Source: Nemertoderma westbladi (lineage: Eukaryota > Animalia > Xenacoelomorpha). Taken from it: 34,492 bases of DNA. The DNA is taken from positions 1-34,492 of the forward strand of contig JAUCBJ010000635.1 in the NCBI GenBank assembly GCA_032718475.1, in the 5' to 3' direction. Numbering within the stretch: the stretch's first letter is position 1; the number at the start of each line of letters is the position of its first letter. Shown here piece by piece: positions 1 to 11,230 of the stretch. Made by a program: the position numbers and the translations under genes. Below the pieces are notes generated by a model. The model was not told the DNA's origin and ran no database searches. It worked only from the letters and a program-made list of their open reading frames with translations.

Positions 1-242
1 TGCTGCGCGAAGGCCCCACGAACGTGTGCCATTTCGGATTTCCCAATAATAATAGCTTATTTGGGGACAGCCCTCCTTCTGCTGTAGTAACCAGTTCAAT
101 GTATAAGGAAATAGCAAACCTTACTTTAAACTGCTCGCACTAAACATGAATTTCTCTAAATTCCTTATTATGGCCTATTTTTGACACCCCCGGCGGTCGC
201 CTGGTATGCCCCCCCCCCCCCCCCCCCTTGGATCCGCCACTG
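1..242 (-). mobile_element. One end of a hAT-like MITE in PKS intron 4
   Basis: Minus strand starts CAGTGGCGGATCCAAG followed by a poly-G run at 242, a common non-autonomous hAT-type terminus. The other end is not in the window, so TIR pairing and TSD cannot be verified. Confidence 0.45.
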
Positions 243-295
243 CATCAATTGTTTGGGTGTATTACAAAATAAAAATACATTATAAATGTACGAAC

Positions 296-499
296 CTGCA
301 TTTATACAACGAATAGCTAAATGGATAGCCATAAGCGAGCTGGAACATGCGCTGTCCATAGAAATAGAAGGCCCGAGGAGATTAAATGCGTAATTAATCC
401 TATTGGATGCTATACTAATGGTCGCCCCGGTAACGTGATACGGGTTTATTGCGCTCATATCGGCGTTAAGAACTTGTTGATAGTCTGTGTTCATAATTC
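296..499 (-). CDS. Polyketide synthase, coding exon 4 with KS catalytic Cys; gene continues off the left edge
   Basis: TTTCTTTCAG| acceptor and G|GTTCGT donor; 204 nt. Encodes (G)IMNTDY...SIASNRINYAFNLLGPSISMDSACSSSLMAIHLAIRCINA(G). GPS...D(S/T)ACSSSL is the ketosynthase active site. Confidence 0.95.
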
Positions 500-599
500 C
501 TGAAAGAAAATATGAATAATTATTAGCTTAATTACAAATTACATAGATGAAATAATGTTAAACTTGAATAGAGACGTGTTAATAAAAGCGTTATATTAC

Positions 600-760
600 C
601 TATAAACACGCCGGTATTAGATCCGCTGACATCGTCCAATGAGAAGCCAGCGTTCTCGAAGGCTTTAAACGTGCATTCCAGCAGCCATTTATGTTGGGGG
701 TCCATCCGCTCTGCTTCGGGGTCATTAATACCAAACAATTTATTATCGAATTCGTCAAAC
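600..760 (-). CDS. Polyketide synthase, coding exon 3
   Basis: TAG| acceptor and G|GTAAT donor; 161 nt, phase 2 to 1. Encodes FDEFDNKLFGINDPEAERMDPQHKWLLECTFKAFENAGFSLDDVSGSNTGVFI(G), with EA..MDPQ and TGVF.G motifs. Confidence 0.95.
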
Positions 761-2181
761 CTACGGGATACAATGAAATGGTAGAGCACTGAAGGGCAGG
801 TTATTATTATTATAACGAACCTGTCTTTAGACTGGGTAGTTTTTGTCTAAAGCTGAGGCCGGCAAAAACACGATGGATATATATATTTACCTATATCACT
901 ATATATGTCACTATGTATGTTCACCAAATGGCTTGAAACCACTTGCATGCATTGTAAAATTGTAAACGCAAGTATTTATCAATTGTTGTCTAGTTGTTGA
1001 ATAAAAAAGTTGGGAACGATTCGAAGTGCGATATTCGAAATATTTGCATATTTTCAACATTATTGAACGCGAAATTAAATACCCACAACTCCCTTGCTTG
1101 AAATGTTTTTCAGGTGATTGATATTTAGCAATTATTATGAGGTTACTTACTACTGAAATCTGACAGAATGCCAAACGTATTATTATAGTTCTATCTCTAT
1201 TCAGCCAGTTAGTGTAATGTCAAGCAGTACATCATTTATATATCGTATGTATCTATAGGGCCTAATTGTCATCGTTATAATACTGTCATCAACTTAGGCT
1301 AAGCTCAATTGGAATGCAAAGGCTTAGTAGGTTTTGTATATCTGGGACGTTTACAACAGCTGTCGATTAAACTAACAAAACCATAAAACTGAACCAGGGT
1401 GGCTGCCAGCCGGGTACCAACGGCTGTTGGGTAGACTTAAGGGAACATTTCACAAACTTTCATAGGATGCTTGTACATGTACATTATATTGGTTGCTCCG
1501 ATGTTTTTATTAGGCTAACTGAGAATGTATCAGGTATAAATACTGTAATTATAGTGTTCTTTATTTTATTTATCTAATACAGAAAGACCCCTCCGCAGAA
1601 TAAACTGCTCTTTTGGGCCGTTTCTCAGGTTGCGGATATGGATACCATTTCACACATCATCGTAGTAATTGTGATTATGATTTGTTTGCCTAGGCGAATG
1701 TGTATTACATTAGATGGGAGGCAGTTTTTTGGTTGATGCAAGTCATTCTTGGTTTGCATCTTCCAATCCCATCTGTTTCTTGGAGTCTGTGTAAGACAGG
1801 TTCGTTTAAAGCCATCTTGATGGCGTTCTAGTTTATTATATAGTATATAAATTAATACAATAGGTATATTATGAATCCTTGTCATCTTGTCGTATTTGCT
1901 AAAATTGCTAGAACAAAATATCCGGGACAAAAAACTCAATGTGTGTAATACTTATAGTTTCGTAAATTTTATTAATGAAATTGGTTAAGTTGTTACTTTT
2001 AAGCTCCTCACAGACCCACAGATGAAGATATATATGATGTTTTTTTATTATCAACAAAGTTGGAATTGATATTGGTACTAAATACTATATCAGCAGTCAA
2101 AATGAGCTGCAATTACTTACTGTACCCATAGAAGTAAATATTGTATATTAATTACTATTATAAACGTAGTCCTTTACGCAC

Positions 2182-2293
2182 TTGTCAATAAATCCTGCAT
2201 GTTGAACGTAAGTCTTCCCTTGAGCATCTGGGTCTGGGCTGTAATAAGCGTCGTTACTCCATCGGTCTTTTGGTACCTTTATTATGCGGTTTT
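2182..2293 (-). CDS. Polyketide synthase, coding exon 2 (not in ORF track)
   Basis: Acceptor TAG| and donor |GTGCGT; 112 nt, phase 1 to 2. Encodes (E)NRIIKVPKDRWSNDAYYSPDPDAQGKTYVQHAGFID(K), the typical PKS-KS P.DRW...YY.PDP...GK.Y...GFID segment. Joins exons 1 and 3 in frame. Confidence 0.92.
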
Positions 2294-2625
2294 CTACCAG
2301 GGACAATTAGAAATAAATGCAACTCACAGATCTAGTTACTCTTTAATAATGGTATACATTGGTTGAATATAAAACACGGATTTTTAGTCAACAAAATCTT
2401 ACTCTTCATAAATAATTACAATCTCTCTCAACCTAGATAATTTAGAACTATAATTAAATTGAATATAAATCTTTTTGGTCAACAAATAATTAACCCCGCG
2501 AATCCCACGAAAGCCCACCATCCCCGAAAAAATATATAGTAGGCCTACCCCAATCAACATTTTGATTGGTTGAACGGGGTCAAGCTTAATTACATTAACT
2601 AACATCAATTTAATGTATAACTTAC

Positions 2626-2728
2626 CTCCGTTGGATATAACTTTCCAGAATTGGTCTAAATCGTCGCCTCCAGGGAATTTACAGGCCGCCCCCACAATTG
2701 CTACTAATTCTTGTGCGTTATGGTCCAT
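2626..2728 (-). CDS. Animal type I polyketide synthase, coding exon 1 (start of KS domain)
   Basis: ATG at 2728 with an in-frame TGA 30 nt upstream. Encodes MDHNAQELVAIVGAACKFPGGDDLDQFWKVISNG, matching the KS N-terminal IAIVGxxCxFPG motif. Ends at phase-1 donor G|GTAAG (cttac at 2621-2625). Confidence 0.92.
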
Positions 2729-3245
2729 AACAACACCTAATAATCTTATATCATGTCATGGTTCAAGGTATTGCACTGAGTCTTCCTTAAAATTAATAGC
2801 TCAATACTTGAAATTCTGATCGAAGCAGGGCTGAAATTTTATACAGTAATAAACAATCTCGATTGTTGCTAATACTAGATTTAACGTGATTGCAACTATA
2901 GAGCCCTCATATTAGTTACGGCGAGTAATTAATTATTTATTTGATTGTAGTGGGACTCGTACGATACCAAAACTGTAATCGGGAAAGAGCTGCTACGCTA
3001 TGGAGTAGTCTAGATATTATTATATAATTGAAAGTTTAATATTTTAATATTTAACGACAAACGGAGCATTATCAGTACTGCTGTAGTACCGTGCAGTTTT
3101 CAGGGTAACGTGAGATTTCTGCTCCAGACAACCAACTGGCCTTTTGTATCAGGACCCGGTAATAAGATTGCACTATCGCACGTCAGAATGTAGAATAAAA
3201 TTGAAACTGTTTTATCTTATCGTTCTGTGTACTGGTACTGATGTA

Positions 3246-3680
3246 CACCATGTCCTGGAATATAATATAGTGTCGTTATTCAGATTTCTGCAACCCTTAT
3301 AGAAAGATGGCTGTATGTAAGGATCCAAATATGTAACACAACCTAAATTTCGTTGAACAGTAGCTGAGATATGAACGTATAAATTTGTATGGTTTTGCAA
3401 CTGCGCGAAACTGTTTTATTCTATCACATAAAAACACCATATTCTAGAACATTTTGTTTGTTTATGAATAGCTATGCAATAGTATGATTAAAGAGGTATT
3501 GCATTGTTGCCCAGCTACGTATGGGTTAAACAAAATGTTCCAGAATATTGTGCAATTATTAAATAGAATAAAATGGCCTGCAGTGGAAGCAAATACATGC
3601 AACATTCGAATTCCCATATCTCAGCTATTTCCCAACCAAATTCAAATGTTTTTTACACATTTCGGAAATCCTTGCACTGT
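3246..3680 (+). mobile_element. Truncated Tc1/mariner-like MITE fragment
   Basis: TA|CACCATGTCCTGGAATA... matches the TIR of the 20411-20980 element. Internal segments (GTAGCTGAGATATG; CAAAATG..AGAATATTGTG..TTATTAAATAGAATAAAA..GCAAATACATG) recur at about 18160-18295. No right TIR found. Confidence 0.5.
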
Positions 3681-6600
3681 CAGCTTTCCATTGGTACCTC
3701 CATCGCTATAAGGTTGAAGAACAACTGCGGTGTAACTGGTGCAATATCGACGGAGACACCTTTTTTTAAACGCTTGTAGCTAAAGAATGAAAGCGAAAAT
3801 AAAAATTCTGGCCAAACCACTAAGGAGGAGAGAGGGGAAACTATCTATGTTTCAAATTTCAAGCAAAAAACAGCTTTTGGCTCTATCCATTTGTTTATTG
3901 AAATCGTTAGCACTGCTTTCCCAAAAAATATAACCTAAATACGGAAATTAAGGAAAACAATTTAAAACGCCAGTTGTAAAAGAAACAACGAATTGATTAG
4001 AGGGAAACTACAGAATAATATTGATATAGATATAGTAAATACAAAGGTCAATCACTAATCGCATTATTATTTACTCAATGATAAGTATATTTAAGTTTAT
4101 ATATACTTTAGATCATGAACTTCTAGAATGTAATTTATACCTAAATATAAATTAATATTCAAGAAGCCCATGTTTAGGTTCATACCACACGAACACAGCC
4201 GTGATAATAATGTACATTCGGTGTTATTTCGGTTGATATAAGCATAATTTAGGCTTAGGACGAGCGTGGTGTATTCTTAATGAAAGGAATTGCTGCAGAA
4301 CCAGGTTATAGTCCGCATACAGTGTACGCGCCAGCAGCAAGTCGACGAGTGCTTCTTCACAAGTAGTGTGGCCCACAACCAACTGGTTGCTAGTAGTTGT
4401 AGAGACGGGATGGAATCGACGCCGAAAGGTCTTTCTGAATGATCCCGCGCGGGGACAGACTTAACCACGAGATGCAGTGCCGTGACCTTCTGTTTCACAG
4501 ACTCTCTATTTCCGGGATCGCCTTACCTCCTTCCCATGCGTTGGCATCGCTTTTGCTAAGGCATGTAATCGCGGATAGGCAGTTAGGCATCGGCACTGAA
4601 AGTGCATCAGATGATCGTAACTTTGATGATCGTTTCTCATTTTAACTAATAAACACAGTTAGTTAAAGTAAGTTTTAGTCAAGTCGGAAGTCCACCGTGA
4701 GGGATGAAGTTGAAGATGAAGAGATGAAGAGACTTTCAACGCAAACAAAATTCAACCATTACCAGGGGAAAATGAAAGGCATTGCTGAGATAAGATAAGA
4801 TTGCAGGAATTGCAAAGATAAGACTGTTTTTTTGTGATATTGCAGACCGGCAAATATTATTATATGTATATGTATACAGTATATTCATATCTCATAGTAC
4901 ATATCATATACAGTGTATACAGTATATACATATCATATTACTGAATGATTGGTGATCGGCGAAAATCAAAGGCAATCAACGACGATATGTCCAAATTATT
5001 TAACTGTGATATTTGCACTGCTCTCTTTGTCGATAAATCCTTATACGAGGAGCTACAGCTATATGCACCTCACAGATAAGTGAAAGGGACTTTGGGAACC
5101 AGTCACCCTCCTCGAAATCTGCTAATAGAAATGGATATTCAACACCCAATCTTGAGAAATCTTCTATTGGAATGGATAAATGCCCTCACTGTCGAAAAAA
5201 AGTAGTGGGTACAAACTGTCTCGGTTGCGATATTTCCGGGCACTTGTTACATTGTAGTTGTTTAAAACCCAACCAAGACGAGATTAATATTATGGCGAAA
5301 TGTAACAATTGCCGAATTGTGTGCGACCGCTGTGCTGCCAAAGTGGCCATCAGTATAACAACCTGACAATGCGGTCATTGACTCAGAATGTCTCTTGAGC
5401 AAAGTAGAGCAGACTGTTAAATCTCAAAGTGATTCACTCCACTCAGAGCATTTATCTGGCTCAAAACGCTTTTGAAAGTAATGTTTCGCCCTCAAATACC
5501 AATCCGTGGATTACCCATAGCAGAAAGCATTCTTAAAAAGTCCAATTCTGGTGGCTGTTCTGAGAACCTCCTGATTGTGGATAATGTCACAAAGGAAGTT
5601 AAAGAACAACAGATAGTCTAGTTATAACTGGATTAGAATGAACTGATTCTGACCCAAGCAAAACCAAAACCCATATTCCCACGAGACTCTCGCCTAACTC
5701 AAGTGCAATAAGTGCCAGCCAGTGCAGTGGCAGGCAAATCACTCAGCCTATTCCAATATTCAACAGAAACTCAAAGTCGCTCAATTCGTAACAAATTATT
5801 TACACTTTGCAGAAGCGTGAAACAACATTCAAGCAAGTCTCTAGTGGTTTGTTTAATAGAAACGTTCCTACTGAGCCCCAGCAGCGCTGAACAAGACAAG
5901 GCCGATCCAAACTCCATATTTGTTCGACCTGAACTTTCTTCACTTGAAATCTTTCGATATGACCGGCCTGGCAACAACCGAGGCAGTGGTGTAGCCAGAT
6001 TGGTTTCATCTGACCTTAAACCATCTCCTATCGAGATATGTGAATCCTGTGGAGAATCAGTGCGGATTAAAGATTTTTATTCTGATCTCAAATAGGGATG
6101 TCCCGGAATCGATATTTTGATTCCGGCCGGAACCGGAACCGGAATTCAACATGCCGGAATATTCCGGCCGGAATTCCGGCCGGAACCGGAATTTTCTATA
6201 ATTAATGAAATACTCTAAATGACCCATGAAACTTTACAATTTTTTGTGAACCAAATGGATTTTTTTAATTTCTACAGCTAAGTTTGCTAATGAGGAGAAT
6301 CAGAACCTTGGGGGAATTAAGGTGGGTGGAGTGGAGAATGGCCTGGCCCGTTATGGCCTATTATGGGGACGGGATGGTACTTCGGCATTGAACGACCGGG
6401 AATTCAATATAATTGTTTTCTAAAATCTATATCTTTGGCCAAAAGTTAGGTTTTTAGCAGTTAGACTCATACCTAAAACCTACGTTAACCAAAAACCTAT
6501 GGTTCCGCATCATTAGGTCCTTTGGTGCAATATCCTGGTGTCTTTAAGGGAAAGGAGCATGTTACAGTGACATACATGTATGTATTGTAATAACGTTTTA

Positions 6601-6766
6601 TATTAGATTTAGGTTAGAGTAGTAATTGTAATTGTGTAATACTTACTGTTTGTAACCAAGTAACATAAAGGACCCCCATGGAAATAAGCTGCAAATCTTT
6701 AGGGGTAATCCTATATGTTACGTTGGACAATACCAAACATAATATTATCATAATTAATAATTAAAA

Positions 6767-6860
6767 GTAAAATCAATGTAAAATCAATGTAAATACTATA
6801 AATTCAATGTAAAATAATGTAAAAAAAATCAATGTAAAGTAATGTAAAATCAATCTAAAA
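6767..6860 (+). repeat. Degenerate 11-bp tandem repeat (AAAATCAATGT)n
   Basis: About 7-8 imperfect copies visible. Confidence 0.7.
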
Positions 6861-6901
6861 AACGTCATTTTATAAGCAAATTGAGAAAAACCACTCGCGA
6901 C

Positions 6902-7246
6902 GGCCCGTGCTCCACTGCTAAGTCTTATAAAGTCTTAGTCAGAATAAATTATGGAACACATTGGTTTCAATGGAATCGTCTCCGCTGGTAAATCGTAAGT
7001 TACGACCTGTGAGTCGCAAGTGATTATGTCCCATGTTCCATCTTTTGACAATGAATCATGTGTTATATCCGCCAAGATGGCTGTGATTGGTTACTTTGGG
7101 TATAAATATGCAGTAAATGTGAGACACGCATCTTATATTTTTTATCAATTGACTTATATGACTTGTGTTATTACCAATGGAGCAAGGAGCCATTCATTTT
7201 GACATTCTGACTAAGCGACTTACGACTTACCAGTGGAGCACGGGCC
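6902..7246. mobile_element. Small MITE nested in the hAT element (possibly PIF/Harbinger-like)
   Basis: TIR GGCCCGTGCTCCACTG(C/G)TAAGTC...CTTAGTCAGAAT at 6902 and its reverse complement ending at 7246; TAA follows the right end; the left TSD is not preserved. Confidence 0.7.
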
Positions 7247-7489
7247 TAATGATGCATTTCATAAAATTTCTTCAGAGCGACAAAGGGTTTAATTAGTTAA
7301 TGCAAATTAAACCGGTTATGAATTGTATATGAATACTACAGTAAGTGGTGTAACACATGGTGGGACCACTTTAGTTTGAATACCAGGTGCATTTTTTTTG
7401 GAAATGTGTTACATTCCCATCAAGACTGCATTCACTGTAAAAAACGGGGTGGCTGTGAATTTTCCCTCGTTAGATAGGTTAGTTAGGTT

Positions 7490-7625
7490 CCACCTTGGTG
7501 AAGTGGTTGCATTGAATTTCCGTCTCTCTGGAGGTCGTGGGTTCGATCCCTGCATGTGGTCCAAGGCAGTTTTCGATTCGGCACGAATGGTTTGAAGGGA
7601 CTAACCAGGGGGCATCTATGTCTTA
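7490..7625 (+). mobile_element. tRNA-derived SINE head / tRNA-like remnant
   Basis: A-box-like TGGTGAAGTGG (7496-7506) and B-box GGTTCGATCCC (7540-7550) at tRNA spacing; no convincing cloverleaf. Confidence 0.5.
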
Positions 7626-8749
7626 CATCCTTAAATGTTAGAGCTCTAACGTTCGAAGAAAACTATACTTTTTGTACTATACTTTTTTACAAGTGTTGAA
7701 AAGTATCTTAAACGATATAATTGGTAATAATGTTTAAAAAATATATAAATGTTGATAATAATTTAACAAACTAATTGCAACTATCAAACTAGTTAGGAAC
7801 CTGGTAATTCCGTTAAAATTCCGGCCGGAATTGACCCCATTCCGGCAATTCCGGCCGGAACCGGAATCGGGCAAAAACAGCCGGAATTCCGGCCGGAACG
7901 GAATTCCGGGACATCCCTAATCTCAAATCTGTATACCCACATGACTTTAAAAATCCTATGGTGATAATTGGCGACTTCAACATGAGAGATATTGATTGGA
8001 TGAGCACTGACAGCGAAAATAAATTGGTAAAAGAAAAACTCATTAACACCATTGATGACGTAGCTTTATCTCAACTAGTTACAAAAGCTACGCACATTCA
8101 TGGTGGAATTTAGACTTGATTTTATGTAATGAAACATGATTAGTTGGGAACATAGAGGTCGGTGCCCGTTTTGGTATTGATCCTATTCAAGTGATCATTT
8201 CATCATTACAGCTTCATTACCTGCTTCTCATATCGCCGCTTCTGATGAAAAATCTTCACCTGAAAATAGAGAATGGTCAAAGACACATTGGGGCGAGATC
8301 TTTGGGATTGCTGAATTATTAAATTGGGATGGTATAGTGGGTGGTCCTCAATATGGACGCAAAGATAACCTGAATAAATACATTCTCACGTCTATTGAGG
8401 GTGATTTTATTCCGAAACAAAAACCCAAATTCGACAAACTAGACACAACTTCAAAACGTCTGCAGGGTTATCTTCATCGAATAAAGTCTAAGATAAAGAA
8501 TGCCTCAGATCCAAACGATTAGCTATAGGCCTACTGAGGGATAAATTGGTGTCTGTTAACGTATCGTCGCAAATAAACTTAGGTTCGAAAATATCGTGCT
8601 CAGACATAAATACAGAAAGAAGTTTTGGTCCTACACCCAAAGTAATATGGTACGTAGATCCAATATTCCCACAATGAAAGATAATAATGGGAAGTTAATT
8701 ACACAAGACGAGGATTAAAGCAAATTAGTTTAAGGCTACCAATTAGTCA

Positions 8750-10248
8750 TACCAAAAATTGATGAAAATTTCACCAAAAAAATAATATTACACCAATTTA
8801 AATAATGTGACCCCAAAAAAATAATTCAACACTAAATAAAATTATTCAAACATCAAAATTAATTTTTCAACACCAAAAACAATTATTCAACACCAAAAAC
8901 AATTACTTAACACCAAAATAAATAAATGCTCCCCAAAACCAATTATTCACACCAAAATAAATGACAAAACCCCCAAAATAAATACAAATTTTCCCAAAAT
9001 AAATACAATTTTTCCCAAAATAAATACATAATCCCCCAAAATAAATAATTTATACCCCAAAATAAATACATAATTCCCCAAGATAAATACATAATCCCCA
9101 AAAATAAATACATAATACCTCAAGATAAAACATAATCCCCAAAAATAAATGCATAATCCCCCAAAATAAATACATAATCCCCCAAAATAAATACATAATC
9201 CCCCAAAATAAATACATAATCCCCAAAATAAATACATAATACCCCAAAATAAAACATAATCCCCCAAAATAAATGCATAATCCCCCAAAATAAATACATA
9301 ATACCCCAAAATAAAACATAATCCCCCAAAATAAATACATAATCCCCAAAAATAAATACATAATCCCCCAAAATAAATACATAATCCCCAAAATAAATAC
9401 ATAATCCCCCAAAATAAAACATAATCCCCCAAAATAAATACATAATACCCCAAAATAAAACATAATCCCCAAAATAAATGCATAATCCCCCAAAATAAAT
9501 ACATAATACCCCAAAATAAAACATAATCCCCCAAAATAAATACATAATCCCCCAAAATAAATACATAATCCCCCAAAATAAATACATAATCCCCAAAATA
9601 AATACATAATCCCCCAAAATAAATACATAATACCCCAAAATAAATACCTAATCCCCCAAAATAAATACATAATCCCCCAAAATAAATACATAATCCCCCA
9701 AAATAAATACATAATCCCCAAAATAAATACATAATCCCCCAAAATAAATACATAATACCCCAAAATAAATACCTAATCCCCCAAAATAAATACATAATCC
9801 CCCAAAATAAATACATAATCCCCCAAAATAAAACATAATCCCCCAAAATAAATACATAATCCCCCAAAATAAATACATAATACCCCAAAATAAAACATAA
9901 TCCCCCAAAATAAATGCATAATCCCCCAAAATAAATACATAATACCCCAAAATAAAACATAATCCCCCAGAATAAATACATAATCCCCCAAAATAAATAC
10001 ATAATCCCCCAAAATAAATACATAATCCCCAAAATAAATACATAATACCCCAAAATAAAACATAATCCCCCAAAATAAATGCATAATCCCCCAAAATAAA
10101 TACATAATACCCCAAAATAAAACATAATCCCCCAAAATAAATACATAATACCCCAAAATAAAACATAATACCCCAAAATAAAACATAATCCCCCAAAATA
10201 AATACATAATCCCCCAAAATAAATACCTAATCCCCCAAAATAAATACT
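8750..10248 (+). repeat. 20/21-bp minisatellite, consensus CCCCCAAAATAAATACATAAT
   Basis: About 60 near-identical units from about 9010 to 10248 with recurring variants (ACCCCAAAATAAAACATAAT, ...AATGCATAAT, ...TACCTAAT), preceded by degenerate units from about 8750. Confidence 0.97.
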
Positions 10249-10573
10249 ATTGTTACGAGGAACGTTGGGTGAGTAAAAAACAAAGAGCCAAGACTTTACT
10301 GCCTGTTTTGTAAGAAACAAAGAGGTAAAGTCGCATTAGGATCCAAAGAGCGTTAGGTCCCATCGCCATTTAAAGGAACAGGCTAGTAAAGGAGCACGTT
10401 ACAGAGGCGTGTTGGGAGAACCAAAACAATAAACGAAAGTTAACATGTTACAAGATTATGCAGGTCTTTATAATTGGGTCTTTGGTTTTGTACTCATCCG
10501 AGGATTGTCGATATAATATGATTAAACATTTTGTTTGATTTATGGAAATAAATAATTAATGAATTTGTATAAT

Positions 10574-11230
10574 TAAGGGGGTACACCATTTTGGGACAAC
10601 TCTTCGATTTATCACTCTCAGCGTTTCAAAATTGTTTGGTTTTGGCTATAATTTGGAATATAGGTGCCTAAGATGCTATTCTAAAGGACAGGTCAGAAAA
10701 TTTTTTTTTTTCCGCTATTTAATATTAGTTAATACTAGTTAACAAACCTAGTTAACACATAAGGCTTTTACAGTTTTGAATATAATCACATGAAAGTTTT
10801 TTTATATGATAGATCAAAGATGGGGCAACATAACTATCAGGCAAAATTTTGTGAAAATAATTCTGCACCGCTAGGTAGCGCTGCAAATTTATGCTAATTT
10901 TTTAGGTTTGTTATAAATAGTATTAAATTTTATTAAGAAAAAATTTCGAAAAGTTGTCTGATACTTTTATGCAGGGTGGCTATGTAGACACCCAGAGAAA
11001 TTTTCATACTAATTGCTCAAAAATTGTAGAAGTAATAGGGTTTTGAAGTTGACAATTTCATAAAAAAAATATTTGGAGATAATCGACATTTCATTATACA
11101 TATTAATAGTAATTTCAATAGGAATCAATAAATTGAAATCGTTATAACTTGAAAACTAAAAGAGCTATTAAATGGCAGTTTTCAGATTTGGAAACACCAT
11201 TTAATCATTACTCAACGCCGTTAGTATTAA
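10574..11230 (+). mobile_element. Probable non-autonomous DNA transposon fragment (TTAA|GGGGG terminus, Kolobok-like)
   Basis: Starts TTAAGGGGGTACACC followed by MITE-like T/A-tract sequence; no matching right terminus found; right boundary approximate. Confidence 0.3.

Larger units (their letters stand above)
6093..7919. mobile_element. Non-autonomous Ac-like hAT DNA transposon (1827 bp)
   Basis: 17-bp perfect TIR TAGGGATGTCCCGGAAT at both ends; perfect 8-bp TSD ATCTCAAA (6085-6092 and 7920-7927); dense subterminal CCGGAA/TTCCGG repeats; no transposase ORF. Confidence 0.95.
5172..8720 (+). pseudogene. Decayed CR1/L2-type LINE (PHD-finger ORF1 and APE endonuclease of ORF2), interrupted at 6093-7919 and truncated before the RT core
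   Basis: 5172-5366 has a PHD-like Cys/His pattern (CPHC...C...HCSC...CDRC). 5770-6092 has RSIRNK, CLIETFL and FRYDR...RGSGVA. After the insertion the same frame gives IIGDFNMRDIDW and LSQLVTKATH, then (frameshifted) DLILCN, SDHFII (about 8190) and KKFWSY...IPTMKDNNGKLIT (about 8615-8715). Multiple stops and frameshifts. Confidence 0.85.

Noticed and set aside
168-295. C-terminal part of ORF 168-494 (poly-Gly...AGGVKNRP), superficially like the KS GGVN motif
   Set aside because: Lies beyond the splice donor at 295 and derives from intron and poly-C MITE sequence.
4277-4645. Possible hAT dimerisation-domain remnant (YPRLHALAK; SVPA...SERPF) on the minus strand
   Set aside because: The motifs are in different frames and too far apart compared with the real domain; cannot be supported without an HMM search.
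7490-7565. Functional tRNA gene
   Set aside because: A/B boxes are present but acceptor and anticodon stems do not pair convincingly; treated as SINE-like.
8750-10248. CRISPR-like array
   Set aside because: Contiguous tandem units with no unique spacers, eukaryotic context, no cas genes. The same applies to 33323-34492, whose spacers are mutually homologous.
8947-10320. 457-aa and overlapping hydrophobic ORFs on the minus strand
   Set aside because: Translation of the 20/21-bp minisatellite, which nearly lacks stops on that strand; all three frames are open with the same peptides.
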